Assembly: GCA_964592145.1 (NCBI GenBank)
Contig: CAZQBX010000003.1
Span: forward strand, 78,137-142,136
Direction of reading: 5' to 3'
Origin: an uncultured Ignavibacteria bacterium
Lineage (GTDB): Bacteria; Zixibacteria; MSB-5A5; CAIYYT01
Length of the DNA: 64,000 nucleotides
Below the pieces are notes generated by a model. The model was not told where the DNA came from, did no database searches, and saw nothing but the letters and a program-made list of their open reading frames with translations. This document shows, piece after piece, positions 57,234 through 64,000 of the stretch; the stretch's first letter is position 1; each line of letters begins with the position of its first letter. Made by a program: the position numbers and the translations under genes.

Positions 57234-57662
57234 CTACTTGCCGATCAACAGCGATTCCAGCGCCTGATTGAATGCCGCCTGACTTATCGCTCGTGAGGCG
57301 TGGTCGGAACGGCACTGTAAAGTGTAACCAACGCCATTTTCGATGAAATACGCCAGCCGGCCGTAATTGGCGGCGGCACCGGAGCCACTACGATAAGCAA
57401 ACTCGTAGACTTCACGGCCCGAGCTTAGCTTGCGTGCCTGCTCGAGGAGGACTTCAGAGTCGGTTGAAGAATCGATGATTTGCGCCGATCGCAGTCTCGC
57501 GTATTCCTCGAGCGAAGCAGCATTAGCGGCGGACGGATCAATCGACACTGTAATAATGCTTCTCCGGCCGGCGCGCTCTGGACCGAGGAAACTGAAGATG
57601 GTGCCGTCCTCCCATCCTTCGGGGAGAAGTATCGTCAGCTGATGATTCTTAGTTCTTGCCAT
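57234..57662 (-). CDS. DUF1795-like (Eag-type T6SS effector chaperone-like) protein
   Basis: 142 aa, no signal peptide; N-terminal LTILLPEGWEDGTIFSF...RRSIITVSID pattern resembles the EagT6/DUF1795 signature (LxxPxGWxDxS...SxxIxRD). Confidence 0.4.
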   Translation of the reverse strand: MARTKNHQLTILLPEGWEDGTIFSFLGPERAGRRSIITVSIDPSAANAASLEEYARLRSAQIIDSSTDSEVLLEQARKLSSGREVYEFAYRSGSGAAANYGRLAYFIENGVGYTLQCRSDHASRAISQAAFNQALESLLIGK

Positions 57663-57674
57663 ATTTCTCTATCG

Positions 57675-58901
57675 TTACTCAATGCAGTAAAGAGTGTGTT
57701 TACCGGAGACCAGAATTTTGCCGTTACCAGAGACTGCAGTCGGTGTCGCATAGACATCGCCCTCTTGCGGGCACTTGAATTGCCTGAGAATCTTGCCCGA
57801 GGAAGCAAAGGTTGTGATTGCCGCAGAGTCAGTGACAATTATCTCGCCGGCAGTAGTCGTGTTGAGCCAGCTTCTGCCGCTATATACATGAGGAACGCGC
57901 CACGATTCTGTACCATCAACAAGGCAAGACAGAAAGCCGGAATCCAGGAAGTAGATTTCACCCTTTGCACCACAGGCAGGTTGGTGATGGGTCATCGCTT
58001 GCAGCAAGTTGAATTCCCAATTCACCTGCCCTTCCGGCGAATAAGCTCTTATGAGCGGTCGAGTAACCTCGCCGTCAAGTTTATCGCCGAATAGTACGAG
58101 CTCGTTGTTGGTATTGATCATCGCAGCTCGAACGGTACTCAATTCTGTCGGGAAGTTGCCCGAGTCCTTTCCGTCAGTAATATCATAGACTTGCACGCTA
58201 TCCTGCCCGACCAAGAACAGCTTCTTGTCATCGCTCGTAACCAGTGCCTGAGTAACGACCCCGACACGTTGGTCGATCCAATCCCAAGCGGACTTGCCAA
58301 ACGACATCCGATAGACGGAGGATCCTGCAGGAGTGTTTCTTACGGGCAATCCGCTGAAGTGCTGAATCACTGCCAAGAATTCGTTTCCCAGCGGATAGAG
58401 TAGCCGCAGACGACTGCGATCGTCGAGCAAGGGCACGGCGTGGCCGTCGATGATTAATTTTCCGTCGTATTTTCTGCACGACAATTGCCGGTTTGGCGTG
58501 ATCCAACAATACGAATCGATGCCGAACGCGGCTAGTTCGCCATCGGCGAGCAGCTCCTGCCTGATGAACGTGCCATCGATGTCATAGAGCAGCAGGTCCT
58601 CCTGCAAGACTACTCCGACGAGGTTACCGTCCAAAAGCACTCTTTGCGGTGCCGGCTGCAACAGGGAGTCGACCTTCGAGTAGTGGCGCGCCCAAGCCAA
58701 TTTGCCGCGTGTCGTAGGCGACATAGGAATCAGCCCGTTTGCCTGCAGATTGCCGGACATGATCGTCTGAACAGTTCCACGACTGTCAATGAGTCTTGTC
58801 TCAAGATCAGTTGTCATGCTCGCCTTGGAACAGCCGTTGATGACTAGCCAAAGGAGACAGACTGCAATTCCGGGAAGTCTGTGCATTCTCATAAATCTCA
58901 C
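57675..58901 (-). CDS. Lipoprotein with probable beta-propeller repeats (immunity or accessory candidate)
   Basis: Lipobox LWLVINGCS; repeated GxxxYxxD / KLFLVGQDSVQVYD-like blades. Confidence 0.4.
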   Translation of the reverse strand: MRFMRMHRLPGIAVCLLWLVINGCSKASMTTDLETRLIDSRGTVQTIMSGNLQANGLIPMSPTTRGKLAWARHYSKVDSLLQPAPQRVLLDGNLVGVVLQEDLLLYDIDGTFIRQELLADGELAAFGIDSYCWITPNRQLSCRKYDGKLIIDGHAVPLLDDRSRLRLLYPLGNEFLAVIQHFSGLPVRNTPAGSSVYRMSFGKSAWDWIDQRVGVVTQALVTSDDKKLFLVGQDSVQVYDITDGKDSGNFPTELSTVRAAMINTNNELVLFGDKLDGEVTRPLIRAYSPEGQVNWEFNLLQAMTHHQPACGAKGEIYFLDSGFLSCLVDGTESWRVPHVYSGRSWLNTTTAGEIIVTDSAAITTFASSGKILRQFKCPQEGDVYATPTAVSGNGKILVSGKHTLYCIE

Positions 58902-58919
58902 AATTCTTCATCATGCCTC

Positions 58920-61900
58920 TCAAAAGCTATCTTTGAAATCGAAATTTGTGTTGCCGAGTTCTGATCTCATGAAATCGCGCAGAAATGTCAGATCAGTAAT
59001 CTTGAGACGTTTATCGGCCGGCATCAGGGCGATGGTGGCTTCTGTGGCGCCATCATCCTTGCCAAGGACATAGTTTGCGACCCAGACTTTGGACGTGTCG
59101 TTGCCGACTTCCAAAGACTTACCCGAGCGCTTGGATATTTTGGCATCATCGCGCAGCACGACCCGGATGTCGTAGTGCGTGACGGAAGATGCGATATTTA
59201 TGCGACCGAGCGCGATGATCGAAAACAACGTTCGCTGGAATGCCCGATCACTCTTGCCGGCATCCCCAGTGCGAAGCTTGTCATCCGGTAACAACATAAA
59301 CCCTGTACCGTTCAGGCCGCCAATCTCTTTTACCAAATCGGTAACCCAGGCCTCCCGAAGCGCCTTCGTCCATTTCTTGGACTTGTTGGTCGGATGGTCG
59401 ACGAATTCAAAGCCAAGTTTGAAGTATGCCGAGAGAATTCCGTCAAATGGTTTCGAGGTTCGCACTCCCTTGACCCTGATGAGATGGGCCGTTTCGTCAT
59501 GACCGATCTTATACAAGTTCAGATCGACAGCTCCGGTTGCAAGCGTAAATGGTTCCTTTGTCTTGAACGCGCGATAGATGTCACGGAAATCATCAATGAT
59601 GTGATAGGACAACTCCTTAACTTTCGAGATTCCCGCGTCGGTGAATTTAAAGAAGAACCGAACACGAAACTGCCGTCCGTTCAACACCGGCTTGAGTTTG
59701 TTGTCGTCCTTGGCAGCATCGTTAAGCCAGTTGACGAAATTCCACCAATAGCGCATTCGCGGAAGCGACATTGAATCGTTCATCATTGCGCGGCGCTCTC
59801 CACCGAGAGGCGCTCCGGGAATCGGTTGGCGAAACGCCGTCTGCGGCGACTTGAAATCTTCGCGGCGTTCGATGTATTCGTCGGGTTTACCGCAAGCGTG
59901 TCCGATTTCGTGTCCGACTACCAGATTGCTGGCTTCGACTGAATCGAGCGGATCGGTTTCTTTGCCGCCGCTGTCGGCGCGGGTCGCAAAGTCGCTGCGG
60001 TGCATTTGTGAATCGGTGAAGCCCATGAATGCAACATCGGGATTATTACTGACACTGACAATGCACTTATGTTGTCCGCCGCGGTTAGTCAATTTCGGTT
60101 CGAAGTAAAATACGGGCGAGACTTCCAGTGCCGGAGGATTGTCGGCGTCGAGCGGCTCTATCGTGTAGTCTTTGCGTTCCCAGTGAGTTTTGGCATTGCG
60201 AAATCCCTCCAAGGCGAACTTGCGAATTTCCGCCGCTGTCACCGCTGCTTTGTCGGTCAACTTGGGATCGGGATCAAAATGGGCTTTGAACCGGGCGCTC
60301 CAATAGATTAACAGAAAATGTCGCTCGAGATCGCCGAGCATCGTCCCGCGACGAATGTAGTGCGCTTCAAAATTCCCGGTGTTGAAATCCGCATACGGGA
60401 GCGATTTGGGATCACCCTTCTTGTTTGGTTGGAGAATGATTTCGGAAAAACGGACGTCGCGGTCGTTTAATACCGCGGCTCGTGCACCGATCACATCTTT
60501 TGCGCCCTGATTGCCGCCGGCCGGCAGTTTTGTGCGCTTGTCCCAGATGTCGAAGAAACCTGTGGAAACCTTGCGCGATGGCGCGCCCGGCGAGCTAACT
60601 GTCGCTTCGCCGGTCGCGAAAATCAACAGCCGCGGCTCTTGCGGTGTTTTCATAATCAGGTTTTCCGTGAGTGCTGTTGCCGTGTGATGCAAGAGTTGTG
60701 AATCCGGATCGAAGAGCAGAAGACGATTGTCGACGATGTGGAACAGTGCATAGCGTGAATCCTTGGACAGGGCGATGTCTTTATTACCGGTATCGCGATC
60801 ACCGATGTTCTGCCCGCCATTGGCATCAACCAGGACAATATCGTCAAGAGAGAATGTCAGTGGAAACTGCGAATCGGTAACAGTCGGCCCGAATGGTTTG
60901 ATCTTCTTGCGCTCCTTCATGACGGTTTCATATCGGTCGCCACTGTCCATGCTGCCGTCAAAACGCGTCCAGTAGTTCTTCGATGACCAGCGTTCAGGCA
61001 AGTCATAGAATTGCAAGCGTTCCTTGAGCGGGAGTTTTTCGATCTCGACGCGAGTCATGAAGATGATAGTCCCGCCGGATTTGTTCATTTTGATCCACGA
61101 ATCAGAAGTCTCGAATTCAAAGTGGATTTTCTTGCGCCGGTCGTCGTCGCGAACCTTGACGACATAGTTGCCACCGCTAAAAGATGTGCGAGCCTCGATG
61201 CTCTTGCCACTTTCGTCGAAGGCTTTGATGGTAAGGCCTTCCGGTACCGGGGTGATTGCCTGGGCAATCCGATTGAAGAAGACAAATTTCAGATGATAGC
61301 TGATAGCGAATAGATCAAAGGCATCGACATAGATGCGGTCAAAAAATGTCGTGGCAAAAATCGGAACGACTTCACTGTTCAGTTTCTTGGTGAAGCCGGT
61401 AGTAATGTTGATGTCGGGCAAATCACCGCCGTTGAAGAACAGGATCTCGACGCGACGATTCATTTGCGATTTGAAGTTGTCCTTCTGGCTGGCCTGAATC
61501 GGAAATGACTCGCCACAAGGAAGGATCTTTCGTTCGGTATTCGCGAAGCGCAGCTTGTCGCGTTTGTTGATTTTCGGCGTTCTCTGCGGATTGGGACTCG
61601 AGCAGGTTAAGCGCTTTTCGGGTCCTTTGGGGCCGCTCGACGAGCCGCGTGACAGAAATTCATCGATCTCCTTGTCATATAGATCAAACACCGCAATCCA
61701 GGCGACGATCGGCCATTTGTGTTGTGAGTCATTCTTGACTTTCGCCGCTTGCGAGTCGTCAATGCCGTTCGCCTTGAAGAAGTTGACAGTAGCTTCATGA
61801 GTCTTTGCGGTGTAACTATTGTTGATTTCGCCCGGATCGCAGTTGAACTCGGGACGCTTCTTGTTGTAGTGCGCCATGATCTGCTGATAGTCCTCGATGC

Positions 61901-62354
61901 GGTGCCGCTTGTGAGACAAGTCCGCCCACTCTTCCCGTCGTTGCTCCAGCAGGAACAGGACATTATTGCAGCGTTGCTCCGAGAGAATGAAGTTCATCTC
62001 CAGACCGCCGGAGGTATCGGTGTGGCCGGTAATCAGAACTCCGAGCGTGTGATGCTCTTCGAGGACAATGTGCGTGACGGCAATCGTCTGAAGGCCGCTG
62101 AGTTGGTTCTGCAGTTCCTGGCGATCCTTTTCTTCTTGCGTCATGTCGGGATCGGCAGCGGCATCCTGTGAAGAAGCACCCTTGGGCCCGGAGGGCATCA
62201 CCACGCAGCTGTCGAGATGGAAAAGAACATCTTCCATCTCGACAACCTTGACGAGAGGTCGGCGCAACATTAAATCGGCAGGACTCCCGGTGAATATTTG
62301 GCGGCGCTGCTTAAGTTCGCCGAAGCTCAATTGCTGTGGTTCGTTGATTGCCAT
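58920..62354 (-). CDS. Large (1144 aa) protein with N-terminal OmpA/MotB-like peptidoglycan-binding motif and a HExxH zinc-metallopeptidase motif; putative effector/toxin
   Basis: VLITGHTDTSGGLEMNFILSEQRCNNVLFLL matches the OmpA_C signature (GHTD...N..LSE.R...V); LVVGHEIGHACGKPDEY at about residue 830; no signal peptide; starts 12 nt after the PAAR gene stop. Confidence 0.5.
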   Translation of the reverse strand: MAINEPQQLSFGELKQRRQIFTGSPADLMLRRPLVKVVEMEDVLFHLDSCVVMPSGPKGASSQDAAADPDMTQEEKDRQELQNQLSGLQTIAVTHIVLEEHHTLGVLITGHTDTSGGLEMNFILSEQRCNNVLFLLEQRREEWADLSHKRHRIEDYQQIMAHYNKKRPEFNCDPGEINNSYTAKTHEATVNFFKANGIDDSQAAKVKNDSQHKWPIVAWIAVFDLYDKEIDEFLSRGSSSGPKGPEKRLTCSSPNPQRTPKINKRDKLRFANTERKILPCGESFPIQASQKDNFKSQMNRRVEILFFNGGDLPDINITTGFTKKLNSEVVPIFATTFFDRIYVDAFDLFAISYHLKFVFFNRIAQAITPVPEGLTIKAFDESGKSIEARTSFSGGNYVVKVRDDDRRKKIHFEFETSDSWIKMNKSGGTIIFMTRVEIEKLPLKERLQFYDLPERWSSKNYWTRFDGSMDSGDRYETVMKERKKIKPFGPTVTDSQFPLTFSLDDIVLVDANGGQNIGDRDTGNKDIALSKDSRYALFHIVDNRLLLFDPDSQLLHHTATALTENLIMKTPQEPRLLIFATGEATVSSPGAPSRKVSTGFFDIWDKRTKLPAGGNQGAKDVIGARAAVLNDRDVRFSEIILQPNKKGDPKSLPYADFNTGNFEAHYIRRGTMLGDLERHFLLIYWSARFKAHFDPDPKLTDKAAVTAAEIRKFALEGFRNAKTHWERKDYTIEPLDADNPPALEVSPVFYFEPKLTNRGGQHKCIVSVSNNPDVAFMGFTDSQMHRSDFATRADSGGKETDPLDSVEASNLVVGHEIGHACGKPDEYIERREDFKSPQTAFRQPIPGAPLGGERRAMMNDSMSLPRMRYWWNFVNWLNDAAKDDNKLKPVLNGRQFRVRFFFKFTDAGISKVKELSYHIIDDFRDIYRAFKTKEPFTLATGAVDLNLYKIGHDETAHLIRVKGVRTSKPFDGILSAYFKLGFEFVDHPTNKSKKWTKALREAWVTDLVKEIGGLNGTGFMLLPDDKLRTGDAGKSDRAFQRTLFSIIALGRINIASSVTHYDIRVVLRDDAKISKRSGKSLEVGNDTSKVWVANYVLGKDDGATEATIALMPADKRLKITDLTFLRDFMRSELGNTNFDFKDSF

Positions 62355-62365
62355 GATTGCAGCTC

Positions 62366-63490
62366 TTACTTACCCTGCTCGGGGTCTTCGATCTTGATAA
62401 ACACCACTTCGTGACGCCCGGCGATGATATCGAGAACTTCGGCACACCCATCATCGCCCAACTTGCCTTGGCGAATTTCGCCGTTGCAGAGATGCAGGCG
62501 GAACTCGGAATTCGCAAGCGAGATAGCCTCTTCGGTAGTGAGCTTGATTCGAACGTCATCGGTCACAACGAGAGGACCGGAACGGGCGGTATATTCGTGA
62601 ATATCAATTGTGAAAAAGTAGTACGGGCAGGTGAACCCGCCCTTCTTGGCAACTTCGCGCTGTTCTTCGATGGCGTGGTCGTTGCATTCGGCAATCCAGG
62701 ATTCTGCAACCTCGTTGTTATCGATCGTTATCTCCCAGCGTCGAATCAGGTGCGGTGCGAAACTGCGATCGCGAACAAGTAATTCCATTGTCGCTTTGGT
62801 CCCCGGAGCAAGTCCGGCAGTTTGAACCTGCATTTGTACCTCTTCGCCGATCTTCACTCTCGGTGACGACCAACCTATCTTCGTAATACCAAAGAGCTCA
62901 ATCTCTGTCGTCCCGGCGCTTTCAAGAGAAGCGTGGACTGCACTGCTTGTCTTCCCAGTGATTGTCTGATTGTCCGGAGTGACGGCCTTGTATCCGAGTT
63001 CGCTAATCGGATATCCGGCTTTATCGACGAATGCGGCATGGACGAAGTGGCCTTCAAATTCACTGGTTTGTGGCGATTGCGACCCCGGCTCGTGTTCACC
63101 GACCTCGGTCTCCTCCGCTGAACTGTCGGCACCTTCGGCTTGCGCGCTGCCGGTCGATCCAGACCCACCACCCGCACCGGCGCCGCCGGCACCAATCAAA
63201 ACGGTGGGACATCCGGGCGGGGCTATCGTGTCGGGGGGGCCGGCACAAGTGAGCATATCACCGACACAAGCAGCCGGCTGACCGCCGATGAGCACTGTCG
63301 GCACGCCCGGCGGCATGATTGGCCCGCCGACGTGCGGCGGGGGAGGAGTCCCGGGATTGACCATCGGGCAGACGTGCATATCACCGACTCGGGCGGCCGG
63401 CATACTGCCAATGAGAACCATTGGAAATCCGGCGACGATGCTGCCGCCGTGAACGGTCAAGTCTCCCAATCGAGCTGCCGGTTTTCCCAT
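62366..63490 (-). CDS. PAAR-domain protein with glycine-rich linker and about 240-aa C-terminal extension of unknown function
   Basis: Three PAAR repeats (PAARLGDLTVHGG, PAARVGDMHVCP, PAACVGDMLTCAGP), each followed by VLIGG/VLIGA; GAGGAGAGGGSGSTGS linker; C-terminal domain without recognisable motif. Confidence 0.8.
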   Translation of the reverse strand: MGKPAARLGDLTVHGGSIVAGFPMVLIGSMPAARVGDMHVCPMVNPGTPPPPHVGGPIMPPGVPTVLIGGQPAACVGDMLTCAGPPDTIAPPGCPTVLIGAGGAGAGGGSGSTGSAQAEGADSSAEETEVGEHEPGSQSPQTSEFEGHFVHAAFVDKAGYPISELGYKAVTPDNQTITGKTSSAVHASLESAGTTEIELFGITKIGWSSPRVKIGEEVQMQVQTAGLAPGTKATMELLVRDRSFAPHLIRRWEITIDNNEVAESWIAECNDHAIEEQREVAKKGGFTCPYYFFTIDIHEYTARSGPLVVTDDVRIKLTTEEAISLANSEFRLHLCNGEIRQGKLGDDGCAEVLDIIAGRHEVVFIKIEDPEQGK

Positions 63491-63719
63491 CGATCTCCAG
63501 TACTTTCGACGAATTGCAAAAATGGACTGTTTCAGTATACGCTATTCAAACCCTGGTGTCAACCAAATGGGTTCCACTGCAATAGAACACTGGTCGAGTC
63601 AGCAAGTGCTGGGTTCAAAACGCTTGCTCAGGCGAGCCCTGCGGTGAAGACTCAAAGGCAGCGCGGAACACCAAGTTGGTTGTAATGCAGTTGATAGAAG
63701 CCCTGAACCGACAGATTTG

Positions 63720-63754
63720 GCCAATAGTCCGGAAATCAACTCCGGACTATTGGC
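63720..63754. repeat. Perfect 14-bp inverted repeat GCCAATAGTCCGGA-aatcaac-TCCGGACTATTGGC (hairpin or protein-binding palindrome)
   Basis: Seen directly; lies 18 nt downstream of the stop of the truncated minus-strand gene and 230 nt upstream of the PAAR gene. Confidence 0.5.
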
Positions 63755-63772
63755 TTGTGAGATGGTGATTTG

Positions 63773-64000
63773 TTAGCGGCCGGAGTATCGGTAGGGATAA
63801 TAACGCGGTATCCACATGGCGCCGCGAATCAGTTCAGCAAGTTTTTCGTCAGAAGCCGCCATACCGAGTCCATCTTCACGTGCTTGCTTGGCCACCGCGA
63901 AGGCGACAGTGAATGACTCGTTACGTATGTCGGTCAATGGGGGCAGAAGGCATCCTTTGGATCGCAGGTCTGCGCCTACCATATCGGAAATTGCGCAGGT
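63773..64000 (-). CDS. 3' end of a minus-strand gene whose N-terminus lies beyond the window; function unknown
   Basis: The reading frame stays open to the window edge upstream of M63982; C-terminal sequence ...WIPRYYPYRYSGR; no family recognised. Confidence 0.35.
   Translation of the reverse strand, partial: TCAISDMVGADLRSKGCLLPPLTDIRNESFTVAFAVAKQAREDGLGMAASDEKLAELIRGAMWIPRYYPYRYSGR

Noticed and set aside
55119-63490. Calling the island a complete type VI secretion system
   Set aside because: Only PAAR, a candidate chaperone and cargo-like genes are present. No Hcp, VgrG, TssB/C, TssK or ClpV signatures occur in the window, so only an effector island can be supported.
1-64000. Mobile elements, integrases, tRNA/rRNA genes, CRISPR arrays
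   Set aside because: No transposase- or integrase-like ORF was found, and no cloverleaf-like tRNA segments or repeat-spacer arrays. The window appears to be chromosomal backbone plus accessory islands without obvious mobility genes.

Overview
This 64 kb window looks like a chromosomal segment from a Gram-negative, probably uncultivated, anaerobe-like bacterium of roughly 53% GC. It is densely coding on both strands, and I found no rRNA, tRNA, CRISPR array, transposase or integrase.

Features in order along the window:
- Two consecutive intrinsic terminators, then trmB.
- A TetR-regulated pair of giant multiheme cytochrome c / cytochrome b fusion genes (17 and 11 CxxCH motifs), resembling CbcL.
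- A giant secreted M16 peptidase.
- An arsenic and thiol-redox island: two ArsR-family regulators, an ArsP-like permease, a thioredoxin, a thioredoxin-fold membrane protein, a CcdA-like protein, ArsC and Acr3.
- A regulator of the CarH/LitR type (MerR HTH plus B12-binding domain), divergent from a DUF1772 membrane protein and a TonB-dependent receptor.
- Housekeeping and peptidase genes: an NmrA/DUF2867 protein, an RsmB-family methyltransferase, PepF and a second M16 peptidase.
- Glutathione peroxidase.
- A minus-strand operon of a double RAM-domain protein, NuoE-like and NuoF-like subunits, and one 1253 aa fusion (2Fe-2S, GltD-like, degenerate molybdopterin domain). The fusion lacks the Mo-ligand Cys/Sec, so it resembles SfrAB more than a formate dehydrogenase.
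- A 1079 aa exported TPR-CHAT protease, convergent with a ZAS-type anti-sigma factor and an ECF sigma factor. This is reminiscent of the Craspase Csx29/Csx30/RpoE logic, but there is no CRISPR array or Cas7-11.
- A metallophosphoesterase, a 4xPAS-LuxR regulator, HemW, a GT39-TPR membrane protein, an FG-GAP protein with a dockerin-like tail, and a dienelactone hydrolase.
- At the 3' end, a six-gene co-directional minus-strand island that looks like a polymorphic-toxin / T6SS-type effector cluster. It is led by a PAAR protein with an unknown 240 aa C-terminal domain. The other genes are a 1144 aa protein with an OmpA-like domain and a HEIGH motif, a lipoprotein, a DUF1795-like (Eag-like) chaperone candidate, an unknown gene, and a HEAAH protein that may be DUF4157-like. 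No secretion-system core genes lie inside the window.

The candidates I would look at first are the PAAR-led island, the TPR-CHAT / sigma module, the GltD-fused NuoEF complex and the CbcL-like tandem.

All functional calls come from motif and architecture recognition by eye. I ran no database search.
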